Shown here: positions 36,724 to 46,923 of the stretch, piece after piece
How the letters are laid out: the number at the start of each line of letters is the position of its first letter
How positions within the stretch are numbered: the first letter of the stretch is position 1
Assembly: GCA_039588295.1 (NCBI GenBank)
Contig: JBDHAB010000002.1
Location: forward strand, 14,766 to 78,765
Reading direction: 5' to 3'
DNA: 64,000 nucleotides
From: Gemmatimonadota bacterium
Lineage (GTDB): Bacteria; Gemmatimonadota; Gemmatimonadetes; Gemmatimonadales; GWC2-71-9
The notes under the pieces: generated by a model
What the model was told of the DNA's origin: nothing
Databases searched by the model: none
The model's input: only the letters and a program-made list of their open reading frames with translations
Position numbers and translations under genes: made by a program

Positions 36724-36734
36724 GGTCGTATTCC

Positions 36735-37232
36735 CTACCGGTCCAGGTGCTGTCGCAGCATCATGCGGGCGCGGTGGAGCTGCGCTTTGGAGGTGCCGGC
36801 CGTGACCCCCAGCATGTCGGCGATCTCCCGATGCTTGAACCCTTCGACGTCGTGCAACACGAACACTTCCCTCGCTCCTCCGGGTAGCCGGCTTATCGCC
36901 GCTTCGAAATCCAGGCTGAGGTCCGGCTCCACCCGCGGTCCCGATGCGATCTCAAGCACGCCATCCGCCGAGCGGAATCGGTCCCGGTCTCTTCCCGTTG
37001 CGGTCCGTCGAGCGAGCAACGCGTTGATGGCCAGGCGGTGGAGCCACGTGCCGAACGCGGCCTCGCCTCGGAACGAGCCCAACTTCTCCCATGCTCGTAT
37101 GAACGCTTCCTGCGTCGCATCATCCGCTTCCTCGGGCCCAACCATGCGTCTCGCCAGGCTGTGGACCCGCGCCACGTGACGGTGGTACAGCCGCTCGAAC
37201 GCCTCAGCGTCTCCACCTGCAGCCAGCCGCAC
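36735..37232 (-). CDS. ECF sigma-70 factor
   Basis: GD..AF..LY, DATQEAFIRAW, FGTWLHR, region 4 VFVLHDVEG..H.EIA..LG...GTSKAQLHRAR; start uncertain. Confidence 0.95.
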   Translation of the reverse strand: MRLAAGGDAEAFERLYHRHVARVHSLARRMVGPEEADDATQEAFIRAWEKLGSFRGEAAFGTWLHRLAINALLARRTATGRDRDRFRSADGVLEIASGPRVEPDLSLDFEAAISRLPGGAREVFVLHDVEGFKHREIADMLGVTAGTSKAQLHRARMMLRQHLDR

Positions 37233-37344
37233 ATCGCCCGTGTCAGATCTCTCGGTCAGGTTGCCACCTCGGCCGGCCGTGTGGTCCGGAACTCATCTGG
37301 TTGGATAGCAGTGGAGGGGAAATGGTTGACACGACCCACTGCGC

Positions 37345-38115
37345 TCAGGGCGTGCCCCACACCTGCCGGAGGTACCAGGCCACGATCTCGTCACCCACCA
37401 CGAACGTGACGGCCGCCGCAGCCGCGAGGAAGACGCCAAACGGGACCAAACGTTTCCGCCTTATCGAAAGGGGAACGAAGACGAGCGTCCCCAGCAGCGC
37501 ACCACCGAAGATGGTGAGGAGCACGCCCTTCCATCCCACGAACGCACCCACCATCGCCATCATCTTGATATCGCCGCCGCCCATCGCCTCCTGGCCGAAG
37601 GCCTTCTCGCCCGCCCAGGCCACAAACACCAACAGCGCAAATCCAACGGCGGCGCCCACCGCTGCCCACCCCAGACCCGTCAGACCGCCTCGCAGCGACA
37701 GCAGCAGCCCGAGGGCGAGCCCCCCGATCGTGTACTCGTCGGGAATCAGGTAGTGCCGCGCATCGGTGACCCCGATGCCGAGGAGGATCGTGCCGAGGGT
37801 CACGGCCGCCAGCGCGTCCCAGCCGAGCCCGTAGTGCCACACCGCTGCCACCCATACCGCCGCAACCAGCGCCTCGACAATCGGGTATAGCACGGATATC
37901 GGCTGCGCGCAGTGCCGACAGCGTCCCCGGAGTCCCAGCCATGATACGATTGGGATGTTGTCGAACCACGCGATTGGGGTGCCGCACTTGGGACATTTCG
38001 ACCGTGGCCGCGCAATCGACTCGCCGACCGGGAGCCGCGCGAGACACACGTTGAGGAAGCTCCCGAAGATGGCCCCAAAGAGCCCCGCCGCGACGAGCCA
38101 GAACGCATCAGGCAT
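37345..38115 (-). CDS. pilD: Prepilin peptidase (A24)
   Basis: GSFLNV, CPKC...DNIP..SW..LRGRCRHC, D.....IPD, MGGGDIK, VPFG. Confidence 0.93.
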   Translation of the reverse strand: MPDAFWLVAAGLFGAIFGSFLNVCLARLPVGESIARPRSKCPKCGTPIAWFDNIPIVSWLGLRGRCRHCAQPISVLYPIVEALVAAVWVAAVWHYGLGWDALAAVTLGTILLGIGVTDARHYLIPDEYTIGGLALGLLLSLRGGLTGLGWAAVGAAVGFALLVFVAWAGEKAFGQEAMGGGDIKMMAMVGAFVGWKGVLLTIFGGALLGTLVFVPLSIRRKRLVPFGVFLAAAAAVTFVVGDEIVAWYLRQVWGTP

Positions 38116-38878
38116 TCCGCCCTACCTCGTAGAGCAGGATGCCCGCCGCTACCGCCACGTTCAGCGACTCCGCACCCCGAGCCAGCGGAATGGCCACCCG
38201 GTGCGTGGCCAGCGATCGCACGAACGGGCGCACTCCGGCGCCCTCGTTGCCGACCACCACGGCGAGCTGCTCACCGTGCGAGAGCCGTGGGAGCGGCGTG
38301 CCCTCCGTCGTCGCCGCCCACACCGTCACGCCGTATTGTTTCACCCACGCGGTGAATTCACCGTCCTGCACCGCCGCCACCGGCAGACGGAACGTCGCGC
38401 CCGTCGCCGCTCTCAGGACCTTGGGATTCGTGAGTGCCGCCGTTCCCGGCAGGACGATGGCGCCGGGCGAGCCCAACGCGAAGGCGGTTCGGAGGAGGGT
38501 GCCGACATTGCCGGGGTCCTGGACGCCGTCCAGCACCAGCACGGGATGCCGTGCGCTGGGGCGGATCTCCTCCAGATGGTGGACCGGCGGATCCAGGACG
38601 GCGAGGATGCCCTGCGGGGTGTCCGTATCCGCCAACTGCACGAGTTCCCGCGGGGAAAGCTCCTCCACCGGAACCGCGCGCAATGCCAGCGACTCGAGTA
38701 ACGCCGCGCCGCGCGGCTGCCCCGCCAACTCCGAATCGACCACCACACCTCGCACAGGCACGCCCGCGTCCAGCGCTTCCTCAACGAGACGCACGCCCTC
38801 CGCAACCGCAAGCCGGCTCCGCTTGCGCGCTTTGCGGCGTTGTAGATTGCGTATCTGCGTAACGAGATTGGGGGCCAT
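38108..38878 (-). CDS. TrmH/SpoU family RNA 2'-O-methyltransferase
   Basis: EG.RLV.EAL, TPQGI, VQDPGNVGT..RTA, VVGNEGAG, ESLNVAVAAGI. Confidence 0.95.
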   Translation of the reverse strand: MAPNLVTQIRNLQRRKARKRSRLAVAEGVRLVEEALDAGVPVRGVVVDSELAGQPRGAALLESLALRAVPVEELSPRELVQLADTDTPQGILAVLDPPVHHLEEIRPSARHPVLVLDGVQDPGNVGTLLRTAFALGSPGAIVLPGTAALTNPKVLRAATGATFRLPVAAVQDGEFTAWVKQYGVTVWAATTEGTPLPRLSHGEQLAVVVGNEGAGVRPFVRSLATHRVAIPLARGAESLNVAVAAGILLYEVGRNA

Positions 38879-38962
38879 GGTTCAAATGCTTCCCGGAAGC
38901 AATGTGGTCGAGCGGCGCGCGTTCGCCAAGCGATGGCCTAGCCGGCGGATCGGAGTAACCGC

Positions 38963-39766
38963 GTGAAGATCGCACTCACCATCGCTGGATCGGACTCGGG
39001 CGGTGGGGCCGGCATCCAGGCCGATCTCAAGACGTTTCACCAGTTCGGCGTGTTCGGTACGAGTGTCCTCGTCGCCATCACCGCGCAGAATACACGCGGC
39101 GTGACCGGTGTCCACCCGATCCCCATGGACATGGTCCGGCAGCAGCTCGAGGCCGTCGCCGACGACCTGTTCCCCGCGGCAGTGAAGACCGGTATGCTGG
39201 CAACGGCAGCGCTCGTGCATGCCGTGGCAGAGGGAATCCGGTCCTCCGGATTCCCCAACTACGTACTCGACCCGGTGATGGTGGCGACCTCCGGCGACCG
39301 CCTCCTCGCTGCCGATGCCGAACGGTCGGTCGCCGAGACCCTGGTCCCACTAGCGACCCTCGTGACGCCCAACCTCGACGAGGCGAGGATTCTGGTGCAG
39401 GAGAAGATCGAGACTGTTGCCGAGATGCACCTGGCCGGGCGAGCGCTGCTGCGCCGTGGAGCGCACGGGGTCTTGATCAAGGGCGGTCACCTGCCCGGTG
39501 ACCAGGTCGTCGACGTGCTGGTCACCGCCGATACGACCAGAGAATTCCGTCGCCCGCGGATCGAGACGGCCTCCACGCACGGAACGGGCTGCACGCTCTC
39601 GTCGGCGATCACCGCCGGGCTCGCATTGGGCCGAAGCTTGGAGCGGGCCGTCACCGACGGCCTTGAGTTCGTGCATCGCGCCATCGCTGCCGCTCCGGGG
39701 CTGGGGTCCGGCCACGGCCCGCTCAACCACTTTGTGGCGGCTCCTGAACTGGAGGTCGACGCGTGA
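38963..39766 (+). CDS. thiD: Hydroxymethylpyrimidine/phosphomethylpyrimidine kinase
   Basis: [48 protein letters not shown]. Confidence 0.97.
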   Translation: MKIALTIAGSDSGGGAGIQADLKTFHQFGVFGTSVLVAITAQNTRGVTGVHPIPMDMVRQQLEAVADDLFPAAVKTGMLATAALVHAVAEGIRSSGFPNYVLDPVMVATSGDRLLAADAERSVAETLVPLATLVTPNLDEARILVQEKIETVAEMHLAGRALLRRGAHGVLIKGGHLPGDQVVDVLVTADTTREFRRPRIETASTHGTGCTLSSAITAGLALGRSLERAVTDGLEFVHRAIAAAPGLGSGHGPLNHFVAAPELEVDA

Positions 39767-41253
39767 CCGCCGATTCGCATCCGGAAGCTGAGCGTTCCCT
39801 CACTCGGCGACCGCCCCGGGGGCGTAGCATCTTCTGCAACCGCACGCTCAACCTGCGGTCGATTCGGGCCATCGGCTATGACATGGACTACACGCTGATC
39901 CAGTACCAAAGCGAAGAGTGGGAGCGGCGCGCGTACGAGCATCTCCGCCAGAAGCTCGACGCACGCAACTGGCCGGTCGCCGATCTCGAGTTCGATCCCC
40001 AGCTCGCCATCCGCGGACTCATCCTCGACCTCGAATACGGCAACCTCGTAAAGGCCAACCGCTTCGGATACGTCATGCGTGCCTGTCATGGCACGCGCAT
40101 CATCGCGTTCGAGGATCAACGCGCCCTCTATGGTCGTGAGCTGATCGAACTGGGGGAGGAACGATACGTATTCCTCAACACGCTGTTCTCGCTGTCGGAA
40201 GCATGCATGTACTCCCAGCTCGTGGACCGACTGGACGCGGGGCAGGTGCCGGAAGTTCTGGGCTACGCCGATCTCTACCGGCGGGTGCGCCAATCCATCG
40301 ACGAGGCACACATGGAAGGCGAGCTCAAATCGGAGATCATGGCCGACCCCGACCGGTTCGTGGAACGCGACCCTGAGCTCGCGCTCACGTTGCTCGACCA
40401 ACGGCACGCCGGGAAGAAGATCCTGCTCATCACGAACTCGGAGTGGGGATATACCCAGGCGATGATGGCCTACGCGTTCGACCCGTTCCTGGCGAATGGG
40501 CAACATTGGCGCGACCTCTTTGATCTCGTGATCGTATCGGCGCGGAAGCCGGTGTTCTTTTCCGAGCAGAATCCGGTCTTCGAGGTGGTGAACGACGAGG
40601 GACTCCTGCGACCAGCCGCAATGGGGATTCAGGAACCCGGTGTATACCTGGGTGGCAACGCCGCGATGGTCGAGGACCACCTCGGTGTCTCGGGTGATGA
40701 GATTCTCTATGTCGGTGACCACATCTACACCGACGTCCACGTGTCGAAGAGCGTGCTTCGCTGGCGCACGGCACTGGTCGTGCGCGAACTCGAGGGTGAC
40801 CTCACGGCAGAGGAGCAGTTTGCGAGCACGCAGGACCGGCTGAGCGCGCTCATGCAGCGCAAAGAGGATCTCGAGTTCGAGTACTCACAGACCCGGCTTG
40901 CGCTCCAGCGGCGGCGTGCCCGCTATGGTCCAAAGCCCGGTCGGCCGACTCGGACCCTCGAGCGCCGGCTCACCAGCATACGGGACGAGCTGCGGGCGTT
41001 CGATGAGGAGATCGCTCCGCTCGCGGCGGCAGCCGCGGGGCTCGGGAATCAGCGTTGGGGACCGTTGATGCGGGCGGGGAACGACAAGAGCCACCTGGCA
41101 CGTCAGGTCGAACGCTCCGCGGACATCTACATGTCACGCGTGTCGAACTTCTTGTACGAATCCCCGTTTCAGTATCTCAGGGCGCCCCGCGGGCCACTGC
41201 CGCACGATGCGGTTGGCCCCGCACCCCCCAGTCGTAAGGGTGCCCCGGACTAG
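39763..41253 (+). CDS. HAD-IG family 5'-nucleotidase (cN-II-like)
   Basis: IFCNRTLNL, GYDMDYTL, LITNS, ARKP.FF, YVGDHIYTDV, WRT. Confidence 0.93.
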   Translation: MTADSHPEAERSLTRRPPRGRSIFCNRTLNLRSIRAIGYDMDYTLIQYQSEEWERRAYEHLRQKLDARNWPVADLEFDPQLAIRGLILDLEYGNLVKANRFGYVMRACHGTRIIAFEDQRALYGRELIELGEERYVFLNTLFSLSEACMYSQLVDRLDAGQVPEVLGYADLYRRVRQSIDEAHMEGELKSEIMADPDRFVERDPELALTLLDQRHAGKKILLITNSEWGYTQAMMAYAFDPFLANGQHWRDLFDLVIVSARKPVFFSEQNPVFEVVNDEGLLRPAAMGIQEPGVYLGGNAAMVEDHLGVSGDEILYVGDHIYTDVHVSKSVLRWRTALVVRELEGDLTAEEQFASTQDRLSALMQRKEDLEFEYSQTRLALQRRRARYGPKPGRPTRTLERRLTSIRDELRAFDEEIAPLAAAAAGLGNQRWGPLMRAGNDKSHLARQVERSADIYMSRVSNFLYESPFQYLRAPRGPLPHDAVGPAPPSRKGAPD

Positions 41254-41681
41254 GCCTGGAGCAAGCGAGCGGGACGGAAGGCGACCAGCAGCGCGAGGCT
41301 CACACCGGCCACTCCGGCGAGGATGAGCCGGTCTCCCGAGATGAACCAGAGAACCGCGCCAAACAGGGTCGAGCCCTCAGCCAGCGCCCAAATGATGATG
41401 CCGCGGGCGCCGTGGTGCCTCCACCACGCATGCTCGTCGGTTGCCCCATCGTAGGGCTGGATGCGCATCCGAACGATCCGCGCAATGACGACGACCGCGG
41501 CCAACTCGGCAAACGCGACGAGGCGCACCGCCAGCAACGGAAGATCGGGCGGCTCCTGAGATACCACTTCCCGCACCAGCCCGAACCCAACCAGCGTCAG
41601 CACCGCGCCCACGACCAGAGCGCCATAGATGATGGACACGCTGCGGCGGTCCAGGGCTGCGGTCTGATTCGAGGTCTGCAT
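41250..41681 (-). CDS. Hypothetical 4-TM membrane protein
   Basis: Four hydrophobic segments; II.WALAEG. Confidence 0.75.
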   Translation of the reverse strand: MQTSNQTAALDRRSVSIIYGALVVGAVLTLVGFGLVREVVSQEPPDLPLLAVRLVAFAELAAVVVIARIVRMRIQPYDGATDEHAWWRHHGARGIIIWALAEGSTLFGAVLWFISGDRLILAGVAGVSLALLVAFRPARLLQA

Positions 41682-41699
41682 CGCGCCTGGTCGGAGCGC

Positions 41700-43148
41700 C
41701 TAGGGGAGCGGCCCGCCGACCACACGCTTGACCGGTGTGCCCCGTGGGAAGGTGCTCGCGAGCTCGACCCCGTTGATCAATGCGACGGTCTCGATCGGCA
41801 CCCGGGAGGGGTACCGCTGATTGAACTGCCCGAGCGTCAAGGTGCGGTCGAGGGTCACCACATCCAGGCGCAATGGTTGCACGCCGAGCGCCGACCGGTC
41901 GGTCAGCACACGGAAGCTCTCGAACGAGCGGTCGACGGTACTCTCGTAAGAACCCCAGGTCGACGCCACCCCGTAGCCGAGGAGCTGGTACACGGCACCG
42001 CCGTGCTCGACGAAGGTGGCCAGCCCTCGGAGGGTTCCCTCCTGCGTCGTGGCGCTGAATGAGGCAGAGGCCGCCGACAACCCGTTGATCGAACTGGACC
42101 GCACTGGGCCGCCCTGCACGCCTTCCTGCGCGAGAAACGCGCTCGCCGCGTCCACTGCCGAACGCTCACTGGCGAGTGTGAGCTGCATCAGGGCGTCCTT
42201 GTTGGGGCTCTGCGCCAGCACCGCCTGTTTCTGGTTCGCTGTGGCCCACCCGGCCGGGAAGTCGAGCCGGAATCGGAGATCGGGGTGGAAGAACTCCTGC
42301 TCACGGAAGAAGCCCTCCCGTGGATTGGGCCCGTAGACGAGGCCGTCCAGGCGGCGCAGGTATTGCGCCTGATTGACGGTCCCGTTCGTCTGCCGGATGG
42401 AATCGAGCTTCACCTCGATGCGTTGCTGGCGATCGACGGGATTGGGGTGGGTTGAGAGCCATCCAGGCAGCCCGTCACCGCCACTCGCGGCGCTCATCCG
42501 ATCGAGCATCACGTACACATCCGGCATCTCGCTCGCGTCGTACCCGCCCCGCACCATGTAGCGCAACCCCAAATCGTCCGCCTCGCGCTCGTCGTCGCGG
42601 CTGAACTTGAGAAACAGCAACTGGAGCCCCACACCGGCCACCCCCAGCACGTTCTGTAGCTTCGGCGCCAGCACGGCCCCGGCCACCAGCCCAACCTGAG
42701 CGAGTTGCTGCGTGCTCATCTGCTGTGCCGAATGACGCGCGGTCACGTGACCGATTTCGTGACCCAGTACCGAGGCGAGCTCCGCCTCCGAGTTCATGTG
42801 CGCCATGATCCCACGGGTGATGTAGATGAACCCCCCGGGGACCGCGAAGGCGTTCACCGCGGGATCGTCCACCACCCGGAACGTCCACGGCAGGGTCGGT
42901 CGCTCCGTTTGGCTCGCCAGGCGCTGACCGAGACCCGCCACGTACCGCTGAAGGCCCGAGTCTGGGTACACGCCGAATGAGGCCACAATCGAGGGATCGG
43001 CCTCCAAACCCATCTGGATTTCCTGTTGTTCGCTGACGAACATCAGCTGCCGCCGCCCCGTGGCCGGATTAACCGCGCATCCAACGAGGATCAGCGCGAC
43101 AGTTGCGAGAAGTACTCTCGTCCAACGGCGTGGGTTGGGTCGCATCAT
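41700..43148 (-). CDS. M48 family metalloprotease, lipoprotein
   Basis: Lipobox LVGC; NPATG; NAFAVPGG, HEIGH, FSRDDEREAD, STHP. Confidence 0.95.
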   Translation of the reverse strand: MMRPNPRRWTRVLLATVALILVGCAVNPATGRRQLMFVSEQQEIQMGLEADPSIVASFGVYPDSGLQRYVAGLGQRLASQTERPTLPWTFRVVDDPAVNAFAVPGGFIYITRGIMAHMNSEAELASVLGHEIGHVTARHSAQQMSTQQLAQVGLVAGAVLAPKLQNVLGVAGVGLQLLFLKFSRDDEREADDLGLRYMVRGGYDASEMPDVYVMLDRMSAASGGDGLPGWLSTHPNPVDRQQRIEVKLDSIRQTNGTVNQAQYLRRLDGLVYGPNPREGFFREQEFFHPDLRFRLDFPAGWATANQKQAVLAQSPNKDALMQLTLASERSAVDAASAFLAQEGVQGGPVRSSSINGLSAASASFSATTQEGTLRGLATFVEHGGAVYQLLGYGVASTWGSYESTVDRSFESFRVLTDRSALGVQPLRLDVVTLDRTLTLGQFNQRYPSRVPIETVALINGVELASTFPRGTPVKRVVGGPLP

Positions 43149-43242
43149 GGGATGGAATGACTCCTGGCCGGGTGCAAGAACGGCTGCGAATCTCGTAATG
43201 GGTTGAAAGATGAGTGAGAGGACCGGGGAGTGGTAGCGCCGC

Positions 43243-43280
43243 AGAGAAAGGGGCGATGAGTCGTCGACTCATCGCCCCTC
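43243..43280 (-). terminator. Rho-independent terminator of ECF operon 2
   Basis: AGGGGCGATGAGTC/GACTCATCGCCCCT stem followed by TTCTCT on the minus strand. Confidence 0.7.
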
Positions 43281-43331
43281 ACGCCTCAGGCCGGCAGCAT
43301 GCCGACCACGACGATCAACGAGGTGGGCCGG

Positions 43332-44744
43332 TCACTGCTTCACGATCTCCATCAGAAACTCGGCAACACGGGGGTCCTTCGACTGGCCCAACCACATGAT
43401 CGCCTGCTGCCGACGCTCAGGATCCGGGTCATTGCGGGCGATTTCCATGAGCTTGGTGACCGCCGCGGGGCCCTTCCGCATCGAGAGGATGTACATCAGC
43501 TGTCCACGCATCTCCGGGTCGTCGCTGCCGTCGTACATCGCGATCAGGTCAGCGACCGGAACATCCTCGCCCCGCGCGACCATGAACAATGCCTGCCTCC
43601 GGATGTCCGGTGGCTCATTCGGATCGAGCGCGCGCTGGAGCACCCAGTCGCGAATGTCCGAGCGCTTGCTCATCGCGAGCACATAGATGAGTCGTTCCCG
43701 CAGCATGACCGACTCCAGCGTCGGATACAGCTCCCGCAGGAAATCCAGATTCTCAAGCGAGGGATGCTGGCCCAACGTCATGATCGCCATCTCTCGCATT
43801 TCGTCGTCCGAGCCGGGACGGCTTACGATTTCTCGCAGGAGCGCGGCGGAACGCTCGTCGCGGCGCTGGGCCAGCGCTATGAGCGCATGTCTCGCCAGCT
43901 CGGTATCCTCGGAGTTCTGGATCACCTCCTGGAGCGCCTGGAACGACCGATCGCTCTTCGACTGCGCCAGCCAGATCAGCGCCATCCCTTTCACTTCGGC
44001 ATCAGGATCGTTGCGCACGACCTCGAGCAAGGTCTCTTCCATCTCCGGCGTACGCCTCCGACCCAGCATCATGACGGCCTGACGTCGAAGATCCACCGAC
44101 GTCTCGTCCCGCTTCAGGAGCACTTCTCGCAGTAACGGGAGTGCCTTCTCATTGTCCATCATCATGAGCGCGTTCAGCGCTGCCAGCCGGACTTCGTCTT
44201 CCTCACTCACTTGCGCGCGCGTACCTGCGACGATGCCGCCTTCCCGTGCGAGGCGCTTGGCGGCCTCAACATCACCACGCCGCGCGAGCTGCCCGCGGAT
44301 GCGGGTCGCGAGCATCCTCGCTTCACGGAGGGTCCCCGCCGACGGATGCCGCTCTCGCTGCACCTCGAGTCGCTGCAACGCTTCCTTCAGGTGCTCGGTC
44401 GAGCTCAGGCGATACAGCGCGAACGCCTCCCAGTAATAGGAGTCGGCCGCGTACCCCGAACGCGGATAGCGATCTCGGAGACTGCGAAAGAGATCCACCG
44501 CCTTGCGGTAGGCCCGTCGGCTCAGCGCCTGGCGTCCGGCCTTATAGAGAGAATCGGCCGGATCCTGTTGCGGCCAGGCCACCGGCGGTGCTGGTTCTGG
44601 TGACACCGATCCGGTCCCCAGAGTCCGTGAAGAACTCCCAGCAGCCGCTTGCTGTGCTGCGAGTGGGCCGGTCGATAGCGCGACCACCACGCCCACACCT
44701 ACCAGTCCGCGAGCCACGCACCGAAACGCTCTGTGATATCGCAT
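43332..44744 (-). CDS. Secreted HEAT-repeat protein with an N-terminal TPR-like domain
   Basis: Signal peptide from ATG 44744; DPADSLY...YP.S.Y...YW; HEAT units such as RRQA..., KL.EIAR.D.D.E.R..A..WLGQS.DPR. Confidence 0.88.
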   Translation of the reverse strand: MRYHRAFRCVARGLVGVGVVVALSTGPLAAQQAAAGSSSRTLGTGSVSPEPAPPVAWPQQDPADSLYKAGRQALSRRAYRKAVDLFRSLRDRYPRSGYAADSYYWEAFALYRLSSTEHLKEALQRLEVQRERHPSAGTLREARMLATRIRGQLARRGDVEAAKRLAREGGIVAGTRAQVSEEDEVRLAALNALMMMDNEKALPLLREVLLKRDETSVDLRRQAVMMLGRRRTPEMEETLLEVVRNDPDAEVKGMALIWLAQSKSDRSFQALQEVIQNSEDTELARHALIALAQRRDERSAALLREIVSRPGSDDEMREMAIMTLGQHPSLENLDFLRELYPTLESVMLRERLIYVLAMSKRSDIRDWVLQRALDPNEPPDIRRQALFMVARGEDVPVADLIAMYDGSDDPEMRGQLMYILSMRKGPAAVTKLMEIARNDPDPERRQQAIMWLGQSKDPRVAEFLMEIVKQ

Positions 44745-45373
44745 TACAACGCTCCTTGTAGATCCGTTCCCGCGGACTCGACGGCCGTCGCCGAGTGAAG
44801 TCGGAACAGCACACTTCGTTGTTCGAGACTCTGGTCGATCAAGTCCAGCTCTTCTTTTGGCGCCGCTCCCGATACCTGCGCGATCTGCATCAGCACGAGC
44901 TCGATGTCTTCCAGGAGGGTGCGGCGTTGCCCGTCGCCGGCGATCGGGGAGTCGAGCAGAATTCGTGTCGTGGCAAGCAGGCCGTGGGCCGGCTCGGACA
45001 CTTCGTCCATCGAACGTCCCGCCTGCGTGCTGGAGCGGAAGTCGGCCAAAAACAGCTCCACCTGACCGAGGTGCTGAGTCGTCGCCAACTCGAACGCCAC
45101 GCCGGTCCCCTCGGAGACGGGCGCTGCACCCGACGCCACGGCCGGCTCGCCGTCGCTGCCCGTCACGCGTCCGATGCCGATTCCCAACACGAGTGCCGCG
45201 GCCACACCTGCGGCCCAGTAGATCCAGGCCGGTCGGAAGGCTCGCCGATCCGCACGTGTCTTCGTTCGAGCACCTCGGATCGCATGCCACATCTCCTCGC
45301 GTGGCACCTCGGGCGGACGATGATACTCGCGTGCCGCATCGTGCACGAACCGCTCGAACTTCTCGTCAGTCAT
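44744..45373 (-). CDS. Putative TM anti-sigma factor
   Basis: ATGA overlap with the sigma gene; PP..P.EEMW, single TM, helical C-domain LL.TTR.LLDSP. Confidence 0.8.
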   Translation of the reverse strand: MTDEKFERFVHDAAREYHRPPEVPREEMWHAIRGARTKTRADRRAFRPAWIYWAAGVAAALVLGIGIGRVTGSDGEPAVASGAAPVSEGTGVAFELATTQHLGQVELFLADFRSSTQAGRSMDEVSEPAHGLLATTRILLDSPIAGDGQRRTLLEDIELVLMQIAQVSGAAPKEELDLIDQSLEQRSVLFRLHSATAVESAGTDLQGAL

Positions 45374-45912
45374 GACGCCCACTCCCCTGCAAACTCCGCG
45401 AGCGAGTCCCGCAGTCGTGCCCGGGCCCGCGATAACTGCGCTTTCGACGTGCCGGATGGCATCCCCAGCGATGCTCCGATCTCGTCATGGGTGTATCCCT
45501 CAACGTCATGCATTAGGAACACGATCCTGTACTTGGCCGGAAGGGCATCAATCGCCCATTTGAGCCGGTCCTTCAGGTCCGGTTCGGCCCTCCGTCCCTG
45601 ACTTCCCACCGTTGCCGCCTCCTCGAGCTCCACCTCACGACGCCGGAACCGTTTGATCTTGCGCAACCCGTTCAGCACGACCGTATTGGCGATCGAGAGG
45701 ATCCAGGTGCCCAAGGCCGCCTCGCCACGGAACTGCTCAACCCGATCAAACGCTCGGATGAACGTGTCCTGCGTGAACTCGCGCGCGAGCTCATCTTCTC
45801 CCGTCATCCGATAGGCCAGCCGGTAGACCCGGTCTACGTGTCGGTCATAGAGCGCTCGCTCGGCTGTCGCCTCTCCTGCCCGAACGCGCTCGATCAGTTC
45901 GCGATCGTCCAC
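45370..45912 (-). CDS. ECF sigma-70 factor
   Basis: VYRLAYRM, QDTFIRAF, LGTWI, region 4 VFLMHDVEGYTH.EI..LG...GTSKAQLSRAR. Confidence 0.95.
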   Translation of the reverse strand: MDDRELIERVRAGEATAERALYDRHVDRVYRLAYRMTGEDELAREFTQDTFIRAFDRVEQFRGEAALGTWILSIANTVVLNGLRKIKRFRRREVELEEAATVGSQGRRAEPDLKDRLKWAIDALPAKYRIVFLMHDVEGYTHDEIGASLGMPSGTSKAQLSRARARLRDSLAEFAGEWAS

Positions 45913-46088
45913 CCAACCCCCGGGGCTCGTGCATCGTGGTCTGCCATAACTGACACTCCGTCGTCAAAAACGGTTGCGCTCGCGGGACAGGTGCGGCGAC
46001 AGAAAACGAATTTGGAAGGCACATGGGGGGCAACCACCGCGTCCGACCCGTGCCGCGACTGTGTCCTAATTTCTTGTAAGAATTGAAC

Positions 46089-46910
46089 TTACGTGCCCGT
46101 CATACGGGCCAGCACACCGCGAACCACCGTCTCGAGATTGGCCGCCAGCGCTCGCCCGGCTGCCAGCACTTCCTCGTGGGACAGCGGGGACTGCGACAGA
46201 CCCGCCCCGGGATTGGTGATGCTGGAAATTCCGAGCACACGCAGGCCCCTGGCCCGCGCGGCGAGCACCTCGGGAACGGTCGACATGCCGACGGCATCCG
46301 CACCGAGGCGCTGCAGCATGCGGATCTCGGACGGTGTCTCGTAGTTGGGCCCCAACAATCCGGCGTACACTCCCTCCTCGAGGTGAATGCTGCGGGCCGT
46401 CGCCACCTGCCGGGTCACCTGCCGTAGCGCGCGGTCGTAGGGCTCCGACATGTCAGGGAAGCGCTGCTCTCCGTGCGCGACCGGACCCAGCAGCGGGGTC
46501 CGCCCCATGAGATTGAGGTGGTCAGCGATGAGCATGAGAAGCGGTGGACGAAAGGTCGGTCGCAGTCCACCAGCCGCGTTGGTGACGATCAGGACCTCGA
46601 CGCCAAGCTGGGCGAACACTCGAACCGGCAGTGCCACGGTCTCGCTGGAGTGTCCCTCGTAGAGGTGGAATCGACCGCTTTGGAGGATGAGCGCGGCACC
46701 CTCCAACTCCCCCGCCACCAGCTCGCCCGCGTGGCCGTGCACCGACGGCAACGGAAATCCGGGAATCTCGTTGTAAGGGATGCGGACCGCCGCATCCACC
46801 GCGCTAGCCAACGCGCCCAACCCCGACCCCAACACGACCGCCACCCGCGGCTCGAGTCCCGCCAGCCGATCGGATACCGACGCAGCCGCTCGTGCGACCT
46901 CACTCCCCAC
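46089..46910 (-). CDS. punA: Purine nucleoside phosphorylase (trimeric family)
   Basis: VVLGSGLG, V.GHAG, GR.H.YEG, TNAAGG, GP.YET..E, GADAVGMST.PE, H.EV. Confidence 0.95.
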   Translation of the reverse strand: MGSEVARAAASVSDRLAGLEPRVAVVLGSGLGALASAVDAAVRIPYNEIPGFPLPSVHGHAGELVAGELEGAALILQSGRFHLYEGHSSETVALPVRVFAQLGVEVLIVTNAAGGLRPTFRPPLLMLIADHLNLMGRTPLLGPVAHGEQRFPDMSEPYDRALRQVTRQVATARSIHLEEGVYAGLLGPNYETPSEIRMLQRLGADAVGMSTVPEVLAARARGLRVLGISSITNPGAGLSQSPLSHEEVLAAGRALAANLETVVRGVLARMTGT

Positions 46911-46923
46911 GTTGCACTCTCTC

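Noticed and set aside
44745-45290. 182-aa N-terminal extension of the HEAT ORF
   Set aside because: Overlaps the anti-sigma gene in another frame; the signal peptide starts at 44744
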